Shown: positions 11,301 through 24,919 of the stretch, piece after piece
Layout of the letters: each line of letters starts with the position of its first letter
Position numbering within the stretch: position 1 is the stretch's first letter
Source: Setoptus koraiensis
Taxonomy: Eukaryota > Animalia > Arthropoda
Reading direction: 5' to 3'
NCBI GenBank assembly: GCA_048013815.1
Contig: CM106585.1
Location: 23,312,001-23,376,000 of the forward strand
Length of the DNA stretch: 64,000 nucleotides
The notes under the pieces: generated by a model
What the model was told of the DNA's origin: nothing
The model's input: the letters and a program-made list of their open reading frames with translations, nothing else
The model's database searches: none
Translations under genes and position numbers: made by a program

Positions 11301-14300
11301 TGACAACAATGTGTCATCTCGGACTTTTGCATCGGCCAATAACAACAATGGCGCCGGCAATAACAATGCGGATGTTGATATTACGAACGGAAGTCAGCTC
11401 AAGTCGAGCACATATTCCGTACGTGCTGTTCCGCCATGCAGAAGTTTCTGTAGAGGTAAATATTAATAGGTGATATTATCACCGTTTTCAGTATGAAATG
11501 TCCACTGATGACTTTCAACTTGGTTGCAATAGGCCCCTTATACAGATATATAACGAGTAGTAACAATCTGAGAATCATCGTACATGAAATTTCTATTATA
11601 TAATCTCTACTCTTATTTTCACCCCTACTCCAATTTGAATCCTGCAGAGGCATTCAGAAAGTGTACATTCTTCTTTGAAGTTCTGTCGCTGACAGTTTTA
11701 GATCCCAAAGATTGCGACCAGTATCCCGATTCGCCTGACCCAGACATATGTATCGGATATAAAGAGCATGCTCAATTTCACCAATTAGAACTGAACCAAG
11801 GTGAGTAACACAGTAAACACCTAACTATGCGCCATGTTTGCATAATAGCAAGCAAACAAACAAGAATTTTGTCACCTAGAAAACAAATGAGAACATGAGT
11901 GAAAAATTTCAAAAAATGAGCCAACTTGCACCGAAAATTTTCTAGCATTACCATATTGCGGTAGATTGAAGACCATGTCGACATGAAATTCTGGGATAAT
12001 AGTAAAGAAGGTGCAGTCGCGTGTTTAAGTATTATATTGTCATTCATTCTCTAAAGAAAACATTTCGAAAACTCCAAAGAAATGATTATCCCTAAAACGA
12101 GGCATATCTGCCCTAGAGAATGATAGTCAGATAATTAGATTCGTTGACCTAATAAATGTGACCATTCCAATTGTTGTAAAATTGAATTAATATGCAAATA
12201 CAGGTTGCTCGGAGGACAAGTTCAAATGTACTGATGGCCGTTGCATACCGAAAAAATGGCGTTGTGATGGATTTGTTGATTGCACCGACAAAAGTGATGA
12301 AGAAAATTGCAACAATTGTGTAGGTGAAAATCAATTCTATTGCGGATCGGACAGTTGTATTAGCAAACGTTTAGTGTGCAATGGAGTCATTGATTGTCCG
12401 GATGGCAGAGATGAACGGCAATGTTGTGAGTATAAGACCACTGTATATCATAACTTTAGTTAGCTAGATAAAAACATTTGCAACACAAGCATCGTGGGTA
12501 TGCAAACTACAATCAACTGTCAACACCAACTTAACACTTGACTTCTCGCCTTACAATTCATAATTGATGGACCCCAGTGAGATTATCTCACGTTTCCGGT
12601 ACACCCAAGTACAGTGGACAAGGCCAGTTAGAGGTGTGGAGTGCACAAAACAATATTTGGAACCCCGTATGCGGGGTGCATTGGTCACCTGTACCGATGT
12701 CGCATCAAGCTTGCCGCATGCTCGGCTATAGTCGCGCCAATGAGACCCTCATCAGATATGGGCCCCTGCAAAAGATTGATTATTCGTCTATTGGCGATGC
12801 AACTGTTACTATATCTAACAACAACAAATTGGCTCATCATCAACAGCAGCAGCAGCACAAAACAGAGAGAACGAGTTTGTTGCATGGTGAAACGAACAAA
12901 CAACAACAAATGAGACTTAGACAGCGATACAATAATAACAGTGAAACAACATCAATTATTGACGCAAAGAGACTGCTGATTAATTTCACTACATTGTCGC
13001 CCACAAGCGAGATCGCATCATCATTTCAATCTAGTGACGACATGGATCTGGATGACTATGTTAATGATGATAAGCCCACGCACTCACAAACAAATAGATT
13101 GCGTCACGATCATCATGTCACCTATGAGAGACGTCCCATTGTTGCAAATGTCACCAACAACAAACAACATCCAGAGACTAAATTGAGCGACCGTTTAACA
13201 AATCACTCGTCACTCATTCATGGCAACACAAAATCACTGCTAGCAACGAATCATCATGACCTAACGGATAAATCAATCAGGAGACTGAATAAACTGAGTC
13301 GAATTAAGCGTTACAATTACATGTTTCCATCAGGCAACAACAACAACAAGGAACAAGAAGCGGAAGTTAGTTCACTCGTGAATAATCACGGCGTTACCTT
13401 AGAGGCCATGAGGGACATGGTGGGCAATGAACAGAAATGGTTCAAATCGTTGAGCAGTATGCTGTATCACGGTGCCACCATTGGCTGTCAGGGTAGACGG
13501 CTCGAGGAGCAATCGGCAGTTCTTATTCAATGCGAAAACTTTCAATGTGGTCGCTCTGTAATTAGTTATACGTCGCGTTACCATCATTCAATTCCTTCCC
13601 ATATGGACCAGCAACAGCAGCCCATTTCAGATAATACAAGCACATTTGTCAAAGTGACCACATCAGATCGCCATATGGCACGCTCTATTATGGTCGCTGA
13701 TGGTAACAAAGACGCCGGTCAAATGACCCTCGCTGACAATTATGATGATGATGATACCGCCAATAATGATACCGATGCCACTGATGATTACGACCATTCC
13801 GATATTCAATCTGAGCTGGAATTGTCACAACAACACCAACAACAGCAGCAGCTGTTTAGCTCAAACTCAGTTTCGTCACGATTTGTTGTCGGAGGCATCG
13901 AGAGTCTACCTGGCGAATTTCCTTACCTGGGCGCGTTGCATGGCGGCCCGGACGAGGTGTTCTTTTGTGGAGGTGTGTTGATTAGTGCAAATTGGCTATT
14001 GACAGCGGCGCATTGTGTCGGTAATCGTACTCAACCTAACGGATGGATGGTTAAAGTTGGCGTTACGCGTCGCACAGCTTCGCCATCGTTTGTTAGAAAA
14101 CTGAAAGTGAGAAAAATAATCAAACATCCAAACTTTAATCGTGTCTCTCTATTCAACAATGACATTGCATTGTTACTTTTAGAGGAAAGTGTTGAATTTC
14201 ATCAATATCTTAGACCAATATGCTTGCCTAGACCCAATATAGTTTTAGGTCCGGATAACAGCAACGATTGTGTTGTTGTGGGGTTTGGTAAGTCCCGGTA

Positions 14301-14910
14301 CAGTCAGGAGGCCGATTATTTGCATGTGGCACATTTTGCCAAAGTTCCAATTGTAAAGCATTCAATTTGTTCAAAATGGTACGGAGATCAAGATTTCTAT
14401 CTCACTAAGGGCATGCTATGCGCCGGCTATGCAGAGGGTAAATTGGACGCTTGCCAGGTAAGCAATAACGTATTATTTGACGTTCGTTGTTATCGTCTCA
14501 TATCAGTGTGTTTGGTGTTTACCCGAAGGCTCTAATTAACCGTTCTGCTCGACTTTTATTCCAATGAACGAAAATAATTCATCAAATACTCGCTGATCTA
14601 TCAACGACGGTCGACACGAAAACTAACAGGGCGATTCGGGATCAGGATTGTTTTGTCGATTGTCAAACAAGAATCAATATTTTGTTGTTGGTGTTGTCAG
14701 TTTTGGCATTAAGTGTGCCACACCTAAACTGCCAGGTAACTAATTGAATCCGTCCGAAAATCCTACCCTTACTAAGAATTCCACTTCAACCAAATCGACA
14801 CAAAAATAACGTTTGTGTTTTTTACCAATTCAATAGGTGTTTATACCTCTGTGCCAATGTACGTCGATTGGATTAAGTCTACAACGAGAGAATATGGTTT
14901 TCCGATTTGA
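8320..14910 (+). CDS. Corin: Corin-like type II transmembrane serine protease (TM - Frizzled CRD - 2x LDLa - SRCR-like - trypsin domain), ~1856 aa
   Basis: Exons 8320-11455, 11648-11800, 12204-12425, 12578-14457, 14630-14735, 14837-14910, all GT..AG (5571 nt, in frame). TM segment [28 protein letters not shown] motifs [14 protein letters not shown] and VPPCRSFC. Two LDLa repeats (CSEDKFKC...SDEENC; C...DGRDERQC). Catalytic triad in LTAAHC, NDIALL and DACQGDSGSG. The ORF track starts at a GTG (8203); the first ATG is at 8320. Confidence 0.92.
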
Positions 14911-15589
14911 AGACGATCGACAGAACATTTGAGAGGAAGCTTGTTTCGAAAGAAATCCATCATCACCAGTAACTAAAACAAAGATTATTGGATACAGGGA
15001 TTAATATCAGACAACAAAGATGTAACATAGTGGTTCACCAATAAATTACATGAGAACTAACGCGATTTTTAGACAGTTGTCTAGGTAGCTGATTCCAACG
15101 TATTCTCTCGTGAGGGGCAATGGCGATATTCAGTGGCGAAGGATTTCCTCTGGTGCTGTCACAAATTGTCACGTCAGAGCTCGTCTCTACTAATAGCTTT
15201 TTGGTCAGTGTTCAGTGGGTATATTTTTAGACTTTTGGCCATCGTTCACTGTCTACACAGCGTGTTCACTGAGTGCACCTATTGATTTTATATTATCTGA
15301 GAGAGTTTTGCAATTCGCTATCACCATTACTTCTAAAAATAGTAGTCACAAGGAATGTGTTGAAAACAATTTCAAGCCTACAATGTCTGTCGTTATAAAA
15401 ATCCATTTTAAACAACTCATCCAAACTAAATTCTCACAAATTTATCATTGTGTTCAATGAAGTAAGGAGTAGTAGAAATTATTGCAAACATAATAAGCTC
15501 TAATCGTTGAGAATATCTGTGAATATCTCGAATTGTCGCTCAATTAGATAGCATAGAATCAAAGAAAAATATAACAAATATCAATAACA

Positions 15590-15955
15590 ATGAATTTTAC
15601 GTACAGTTCAACTTTCCTCGTTTTGGCTGTGTTCTGTTTGGTTCAAACGGGTGTTTTGGGTGGCCTATTTGGTAAAAAGAAACCAGAGCAACCAGTTTAT
15701 CCCGCATATCCGGTAGCTTATCCAGCCTATTCACCCACCTATCCCGCGTATTCTGCCGGTAGACCCGCTTATGCTCCAGCTCCAGCTTATGAACCAGTTT
15801 ACCAGCCCACGTATGAGCCTGCCTACGGACAGAATCACCTAGGACATCATCGTCATAATTACCCCTCTGGCTACCAATATGGTGGTGGAGCCTCTAGTGC
15901 CAGCGCCGCTGCTGGACGTGGTGGAGCCTCAGCATCGGCTGCTACTAGCAAATAA
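15590..15955 (+). CDS. Secreted Pro/Tyr/Ala-rich low-complexity structural protein (cuticle/eggshell/silk-like), 121 aa
   Basis: ATG in A-rich context, signal peptide MNFTYSSTFLVLAVFCLVQTGVLG, repeated PAY motifs, a His-rich spacer and a GGASSASAAA tail. Confidence 0.8.
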   Translation: MNFTYSSTFLVLAVFCLVQTGVLGGLFGKKKPEQPVYPAYPVAYPAYSPTYPAYSAGRPAYAPAPAYEPVYQPTYEPAYGQNHLGHHRHNYPSGYQYGGGASSASAAAGRGGASASAATSK

Positions 15956-16531
15956 GTCGTAACCAGATTATAATTAGCACCATCTAGTTTATCACAAAAT
16001 ACATGAATGTCGATAAAAGATCAACTGTTATAGTTATTGTTGGGATTATGTAAAGTTACTATTACATTGTATGACTGATAAATATTAGCAACAATATCAG
16101 CAAATTTGTATGATTGTATTGAGAATAAACACCAGATTATAATTATGAGTAATGTTTGCGAATTTATAAGCAATTGATTTTGATGAAAGGCTACGCTAGC
16201 GCCTCCACATTGTATTTTTCGTGCGCTTACTGTGCCGACATTATGTCGCCTTGTCTTCGGTTGTCCTCTGTGAGAATTGGACAGAAAGTCGGAATCAGCT
16301 GCACGAAAAATGAACTGTGGAAGAGACTGATCTCACAATAAACTCATCATCGAACATTCATCTTCGTGGGCACACTTCAACAGTAGTTACATCTTTTCAC
16401 CCAAGATCCTATGATAGTATATAATCATCATATCGCATCTAGATCGGTGACTAATACCACCACGTTGATATTTTTAGATTCCAACCGAGACAGACAATGG
16501 ACAGAAAGTATTAAGAGATTTTAAATTATAG

Positions 16532-16538
16532 TATAAAT
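16532..16538 (+). promoter_or_regulatory. Putative TATA box of the kelch-like gene
   Basis: TATAAAT 71 nt upstream of the ATG at 16603, with an Inr-like TCATTC at 16570. Confidence 0.35.
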
Positions 16539-16602
16539 TATCGACACAAATTATAGAGAGATTTCGCGATCATTCCTCGTTATCATTAATTTCCCCTTAA
16601 AA

Positions 16603-18329
16603 ATGTCTGACCTAGAAACTTCAGAACATTCTGAGGGCGACAAGGGCCCATACGATTTCACACTGAATGTCGGCGACCAAACAATTAAGGCTCACAAGTG
16701 CGTCCTCTCCGAGTCTTCCCCGTATTTCAAAGCCATGATATCGAACGATTGCAAGGAATCCAGAGAATCAAATGTGGTGATACATCAAATAGAACATGAC
16801 ATTATCTCAATGATGATCAACTACCTCTACGAAGGTGAGATAGATGTCAACCCATTGAATGTTTCATCTCTATTAGAAGCCGCCTGCATGATGCAGATGC
16901 TGCCAATACAACAAAAATGTATCGATCATTTAGAACAAGAAATGGATCCTTCCAATTGTGTGAGCACGTTTGTCGCGGCCGAAAAATTTCATCTTGAAGA
17001 ACTGACTCGAGTGGCTGAGAAATACATCCACAGGAATTTCTCTCGATTATATCATAGTCAAATTGGACAATTTTCACTGGAACAAATAATTGATTTTCTT
17101 AAGGACGATAAAGTGGTTGTAAACTCGGAATACGAGATTTTCGAGGCTGCCAAAATATGGGCCTCTCATAACAAAATGGAAGAGAAGATGGCAGATTTAA
17201 TTGAACTAGTAAGATTGCCGCAAATGAGTATTCTGTGTCTTTTGAAAATCTCTAACGATCCGATGATTCGCTCAAACAGAAGATGCCAAGAACACTTGGA
17301 TAAAGTGAGAAGTTTCTGTTATTTCCCCTACGACATCTCCACTATCTCCACCGTGGAGAATAAGCTTTTACTTCATCCGCGAGAATCCTCTCACGCTTGT
17401 CTATATTATTTTGGAGGCGGTAAGCCAACTATGAGATATGATCCAATGGCAGATCGGTGGACAGCAACCAACATGGCGATAGTACTGCAAGAATCCTTTG
17501 CGCTTACCGTCTGGAATAATGTCATATACTTTGCTGGGGGTTCCTTGGAAGGTAAAGAGTGTGATTATGCCGCTTGTTACAATTTCCATTCGAACATGAT
17601 GATTGAGATGCCACCTTTATCAGCACCCAGAATGCTTCCCGGGATAGCAACCGTAAAGGGTCAGCCATATGTCGTCGGAGGTCACACAGGCGATAATAAA
17701 ATTTCGCCAATTGAAGAATTGTTCCAGCCTGTTCGTAATCGCTGGACAATGAGTCGAGATCTAAATGTACCGAGACGAGACTTCACTCTTGTGACTCTAG
17801 ACGGCAGCACTTACGCTATCGGCGGAATATCAATGAATAACACAGTTTGTTCAAGTGTGGAACGCCTTGAGAAATTAGGTACATGGAAAGAAGTTGCATC
17901 GATGAACCGCTGCAGGAAGTCACATGGATGCGCAGCATACAACGGCTTCATATACGTGGCGGGTGGACATGACGGGACCGGTACGTGGTTGAAATGCGAG
18001 CGGTACAACCCCCAAGATAACAAATGGGTCGATTTGGCAGATATGCCTGTTGCGAGACACAGTTTCAGACTTGTCGTACTGGGCCAACTCATTTTTGCCG
18101 TCGGAGGTGTCTTTCAAAGCGGTTGGTGCGACCGAGTTGATGTTTATGATCCAGCGAACGATAGGTAAGTATTCAAGATACCACCGACTCAGGCAACCTC
18201 CAACAAAGGAGATTACATAACCTTATTTTTCACAAATTTTCATTTTGCCGACGCAGGTGGCACACGCGCTCTCCAAAGAAGTTTGACTACTATGGCGGTG
18301 CCGTCGCCATTAAAGGATTGCACGCGTGA
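16603..18329 (+). CDS. Kelch-like protein (BTB-BACK-Kelch), 544 aa
   Basis: Exons 16603-18164 and 18257-18329 (intron gtaagt...acgcag). BTB motif AHKCVLSESSPYFKAM, BACK region (NCVSTF...; SEYEIFEAAKIW) and several kelch repeats with GG and W hallmarks (YFAGG, YVVGG, YAIGG, YVAGG, FAVGG). Confidence 0.93.
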
Positions 18330-21300
18330 GAAGCACTGTCCGTTTTCAGACACTTGAATTTAAAGCGTTAGTTTATTCATCATCATTGGAAATGTGTTTC
18401 AAATCACAGTATAGATCACATAGTTCAGCATCAATTTCACTAGCTCGGTGATTCTATCCGATGACAGATGGTCTGTCATTAGATCAAGTTTTCTCGCCTT
18501 CCTCTTATTCAACTCTTTTGTGCAACAATGGCTAGATGGCGCCGTTGTTGACTTTGACAAAGTTGTCATCGCTGACATCATGTCAGTGACATAGCAAGAG
18601 TCAGGTAGCAGATTGTATGGCAGTTTGCAAAACAGGAAGTTGTTATTCGTGTTGTTCTCAAATGTATGTATAAGTTATGTTTATTATGAATATATACATC
18701 TCACTAACAGCTTGCAACTCACCTGTACCTTGTAGTGATGGCTAGCATGTGTTATTATTGATGATAATGATTTCAAATATGTACGATACGATAGCTAGAG
18801 TTACTAGTTGTGGAATTAGCGAAGCAGTTAAATAAAAAAACAGTCCAACGCTTCAAGCACCAAACTTAAACTTAAACTTGAGCTCAACTCCAATTACTGG
18901 CAATATGACCGCACATAACAATGATTGTTGTTTGTCTGTATGTGTTTGCGTAATATGCGGCATCTAATTAAGCTCGAGGCGCAAGCAGCAAACAGAAGAG
19001 GGGTAAATATTGATTTCATCCATCTATCTTTTATTACCATCGTGCCATAAGATAAGGCGTCTAGTGCCTGTACCAAGCAACCAGATACTAACAGAGAGCA
19101 ATTGAATCGATTTGAGCCATCGAATTGGTGTCCAAACTCGTCATAGGTGTCACTGTTTCACAAATGTTTTGCTCATCGTCGCCATCGTCATCAGCGGACT
19201 CGCAAGTGGACATCAAATGAAACGGCAAGCTCATAGTTGGTTGCTTTGCTCGCTCATTTGCTTGATTGGACATGATCATGACCGTAGCCAATTGGAGTGG
19301 TCGTAAGCTAATGATCATCAAACAACCTGACTTTTGATCAGCATTTGGTGGTTCGTCACATTGATATAACCAATAATAATAATGATGGCTATTATAATTG
19401 GTAATGGCAAGCAAACTAGATGGCACAATCAATCGGATGCCAAAGCCGGCCAGCGGTTGTGTCATCCGTCGCTTGATTGCAATCACTTGATAATGAACTC
19501 GGTCGCCCAATGTGAGCCCAAGTGAGTGTAAAAACTTGACAGTGTATAATTATTAAAAAGTATGGAAATGCAGTAGGCTAAAAATGAAAATAAACACTCG
19601 CCAGCGCAAGTTGTAAGTGGCTTGTTAAATGGCCACCAAAACTCATCAGATTCATATTTGGTTGTCTCGTTCAATTCTATTCAATTTCCGTTCGATATTT
19701 CCATTAGATTTCGCATTGAATTGCGATGGGATTTTGAGATTGAATTGTGTATCGAAATAGTTGTTTGTGAATGTGTGTTGTTAACGTCAGTCACTGTTGT
19801 TAACTTGAAACTTCTTGTTGTTTATACACAATAACAACAAAATGCTGCGCTGCTATTCATAAGACTCACACATACTTGTTTTTTAATTTTAATTTAATTA
19901 AACAAGAGAGTTTAGACAGGAAAAGAGAAGAGATTGTCGCTGGCTATGGTGTTGAATCGCTGACACTGTAGAGCTGCGAACCATTGAAAGCTATCAATAA
20001 AGGAAAATAAGACGGCAATAAACAGGTGACAGAAAATGAAAAGAATGAATGATAAATAAGAAGTGAATTTCCCTTTCATAAGTGATCGTTATCTAATCAA
20101 TTCAATGCAAATCTAATCCAATTTCGTTCTTGTATTTCTTGTATGTCCATCCAATTCACTGATATTAATCCATCTCTCAGCCAGCGACTCTCCAGTTTCA
20201 ATCAATATAATTTCAAATCCAACGAGCAGCAACCTACTCGAGTTGATTGAACGAAATGCTCAATCATCTCACAACGATTACGTCTCTATTCAGCTGATTG
20301 TCAGCTTATTGTATTTAGCTAAGAAATCACTTGGAAGCCAGATAAGATAACATCTACTATCAACTCGTTGTATATGGATATGATGGAGAGGATGAACAAG
20401 TAGTGTGGATATTGGCAATATTGCAAAGCTTGTTGGTGTATTTTTTCTCATTTTTTGATACAATCAATCTAGTTATTCAAGATGCTCAGCAACATCTAAC
20501 ATGCTAATCTATTTGAATCAATCAAACTTGTCAGATTGGTCGCTCGATGTAAGTTCAGCAATCAGATTATTCGGCTACATTGATTTTTGTAAGATGCAAC
20601 ACAAGCGAAACTGCGAAAATAGCCAGCAGTTAGCAGGCAATATCTGTCACTATACAATATAATTACACATTGCATCATAGTCATCAGCCCACTTTAATTT
20701 GTCTCGTATCTTTTATCTTCATCAGTGTCGTTATTCATTGAAATTCTCAATGTCCAATGTAAATAAAAATCTCTCTCTCGCTCGCTCGCTCAATCATCTT
20801 TTCTCATTTTTTCAATCAGTCAATTCACCTCCATTAGTCCCACACGAGCCATCAAAAATTATCGTGGCATCTATCTATGCTATTCCTTGATGAAATATCT
20901 ATCAAGGTAACTAAAGCAACTTCATTTTAGTTTGATTGACAGGTGAGTGGCCACTGTTTAAAGATAGAAAGACATGTCGGCTGTTTAATATAAGTTTGTT
21001 CTGGTGCTGCTCAATTCAAATATTCAAGGTTACAAGTTTACAAGGAAGCGCTTAGAAAAGTCAACGACGACAACACAATGCGAAGACTGTTTGTGTGTGA
21101 TTGTGTCCAACAATCTCTTGTAATCTAATAATAATTATTGTTTGTCAGTGCATAACATATAAATAGATTGCTGTTATATTTCTTGGACTACTCCATCGAA
21201 GGCCTAGAAGTACACCCAACAAGACGTGCTAGGATAGTATGAAGTGAGAAAACTTTTATTCTAGTCTCTTTGCTCAGTTGATCTAATTGAATTACAATGC

Positions 21301-24300
21301 AATCTGTAGCAGATCTGTGTCTTTATATAACAACAACAGACCGACACTCATTTGAATGCGACTCATATCAACAACAAAATTAAAGTTTGGTTCTTAGCAT
21401 TGGTGTGTCTGGTTAGTTAGGAGCAGCTAGAAATGTTTGTAGACAACAATCAACTAGGGGCCATCAAATTGACTGTACAAGTCAATTATCAGCGGTGATT
21501 TATAGTAATGTTTCAATTATCATGCTCACATAGTTAACTTGATATCTGTTGGTTTCAACAGTTGGACCAAAACAATGGTCCAGCAACAACAACAACAACA
21601 ATGACAACATTCTATTAATATTGTAACCGACAATGACCATCGATTGATGGCGGTGACTTACCTTTCTATATTGCAAGTTGTTGTTGTTATGAAATTGAAT
21701 TATATAAATAAGATGGCACGATCTTGTTTATTGTTGTTGATTATTTAACTATACAATAAAACTAACAGACGACAAGAAGAAGAATCATCACCTCCATTTG
21801 CAATGAGGCAGAACAAGACACAAGTAAGCAGACAGTGTATGTGGAGAGACAGAGACCTTCATCAGAGAGGCAGCTCAAAATCCGACAATCATGATCTAAT
21901 TTCCAGAGCGAAACCTGTTAACTTGTTTCTCTGTATCTACTCTTTCTTTGTTTCTATGTGTGTGTTCATCTCATATGTAACATATGAAATAGTAACTTGT
22001 AAGCTAACTTTACTTGTCAGCTCAAATGATAAAAATAATGTATATGTGTTCGCATGTAGACCAAATAGCAGAATTGATATACGACAAGGTGAAGCGTTGA
22101 GGATAGATAATTATACGTTGTTGATGCTGCTACTTTTATTGCTTGCTTGTCGGGTTGTTATTCCTTAAATACCATGATACCATGAAATTATCAGTATATA
22201 GTAAGGCTAGACTATTATGCAATAGTATGCTATTTTGATAATGAGCAACAGGTAACAAGTAAAAGGTAACAAGTGAAAACAATCAACAACAAATGTCAAT
22301 TCAATGTTAGCTCTCTCTTTCTCACTCGCTCTTGTACATCCTCTCGATGTTTTGGTCACGGATGAGATTAATCTGACATTGTGAATTGGTCAAAAGTCGT
22401 GATAATAATTTTATGTTTATTATATCTTATATTTGTATTCTGTACATGTTGTTGCTGACTGATATAGATGATAATAATAACAATAGTAAAAACAATAGAA
22501 ACATACAGTAGATGTTTGTGCGAAAACGACCCTGAATTCCGATTGCAAGACAACAACATGTTAAACTTGAAATTTGTTATGCTTGTTGAGTAATACTAGT
22601 GTCTTGTGTAGCGTTATATTTTGCTTTGTTTTGTTATTATATTATCCCGAAAAGTGACTACCACTTTATATTAAGCAATTTATTAAAATGTCTTTTGAAC
22701 ATGTTGCAAATTTGTTGCAAACAACAGCAGTAACAAGCTTCAACAGATACTAATTTGTGTCTCTTTTGTCCGGTTATCGAATGGCAGTTCAATGCTGTAC
22801 AGTGGACCACTCCATACAAAAAGTATTTAATAGTATAAAATTACGTTGGGGGCTCACAATTGGCATATTTCCTGCTGAAAAGGCGATCTTGGAAATCATT
22901 AATCATGTTCAAAAATAATTAAAAACCTTTCTTCGGTTCATCAATCACCATTGGCATCACGTAATGAATAGAATTCAATTAATTAACTAATCCACTTCAA
23001 TGCATGTCAGTGCTAATGCGATGATCGTTGTATTCGATTCAATAAAGATACAATATGGTAGTGGAACGAGCACACTTAAGTCATGAGACAACTTTTCTAA
23101 TCCGATAAGAATCAATAAAAAGAAGAGGGTGAAAAATAAATGATGTCTGCACTGGATAGTGGACTAACCACTATTGGACTGTCACTGTCACTTGCATCTG
23201 TCACAGCATGAGTAGTTTAAGGTCAAGATGATGAGATAACAAATGCAAACCTTTAATTATGTCTTACATGACATAGATGAGTCTTAATGAGTCTTAATGA
23301 ATATACTGTATCACAAACAAGAAGCGGTCACATGAATACCCAAATAAATAAATGAGAATCGTCATTGTAATCACATTAGTCAGTATACAAACGATTGAAC
23401 AAAACTCTCAACTTGCACTTGTCACTCGCCAAGTTAATTGAATTGAATGACTTTAGTTCATTCGTCTAATTAGCCAACTTTACACAAATCATTGTCATTG
23501 TTATGTTAGTGACATGTATAACGGCCAGATTTAATTAGAAACATCGCCATCGATAGACTTGATTTGTTCTTTTTTGTTTAATGAAGGATGACATTCTTAT
23601 TGACGCCAAAAGTTGAAAAACAAGAAAGGGAAACATTTTAAGAAACAAGACTAGAAACACTATTCTGATCAAGGAGGTCGTCATTGCTATAGTTATTTTC
23701 GTTTTTGTTTATTGTCGATCACTGACCGTCTCAAACAAGTAGCCTAATGAGAAAATAGTTTAATCCGACAGCATCCAGAAACGTTGGCAATCATCAGTCA
23801 GGGCAACTATCAAGGATTCTACTGTTATCAGAGAGATCACAACATTCTTAATTAAATATAATAATAACTTTTTGGTGTCCTAAGATGTCTCATTTTTGTG
23901 ATAGGGCGCGCAAATAAAGATCATTTATTTATGTTCAATTCTCGAATGATATTATTAGCAGACATTTTAGCATGCACTAAAGCAAGACAGCCACATACTA
24001 CAAAGAGAGAGGGCAATCAGCAAAACAGTCTGATGAACAATCAGATATGATGGCCGATTATCAGATTGAAACGTGCCTTGTTGTAATGATTGTGATAGTT
24101 ATCGCTGGGCCATAATGTCCGCTGCTACTTCTGATTTGGCCGTAGGATCTTTGACATTTGTATGAGATTGACAATTCAAGTGAATGGAGATACAAACTTG
24201 TGTTTGCACAATCAATTTAAACGATCGGCACTGTTCAGAACACAATGGCTGCCACTCCTGATGTTGCTGGCGGTTGCAGTAGAAACAAAATGAAAAGTAT

Positions 24301-24919
24301 GATCGTATTCAAATTAATTGGTGTGATAATGTCATTGCACACATGCAGTCTGCTGGTGCCTTACTCATTCAGATTGAGCGATGATGATACGCCAAGCGAC
24401 TGATCGAGGTGCCTGAATGACTTTAAAGAATTTCCTTTCCGCAAATAATCAGTGCAATATGCTACATATAAAGCAAATGTATTATCAAAAAGAGCCTAAT
24501 GTCGCTTGCTTGTCCATGTGATAGAAAAAAAGGTAAACAACTGTTGTTTATCTCATACTTAGTCATTTGTTTTTGCGCTATAGCCCCTATTGAAGTGATA
24601 GAGATCAAGCTAATACATTTGCCGGCTAGCATATAACCCCGCCAGGCGACAACATTTAACATGTCGGTATAGCACTTTGAGAGGCATCACATGCCACTTG
24701 TGCAACGTAGATATGATATTATGCGACAACACTGACGATAAATTGATTGATTATCTATCAGCTCATGTTGAGTAGGCAATTGTCGTATCATTCACATCGC
24801 GCTCCATGGACGGAATGTTGATTTCTTTTCTTTTTGTTCAACACATCCTCTATTGTTGCCAATAGACTAGTAAATATGGAATAAAACTAATCAACGCATT
24901 ATTACATATACAAAATAAG

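Noticed and set aside
15126-15201. 13-nt match to miR-993-3p (AGCTCGTCTCTAC, 15178-15190) with a weak hairpin
   Set aside because: The 5' end and 3' tail differ from the mature miRNA, the stem is poor with a ~29-nt loop, and there is no Hox context. One such match is expected by chance when comparing many miRNAs against 128 kb of strand sequence.
19088-19510. 140-aa minus-strand ORF with an acidic patch and a possible gttagt donor
   Set aside because: No recognisable domain or signal peptide and no convincing partner exon. It could still be an exon, but I cannot support it.
20350-20400. DNIYYQLVVYGYDG peptide resembling a cadherin repeat motif
   Set aside because: Isolated short frame bounded by stops, with no other cadherin motifs nearby.
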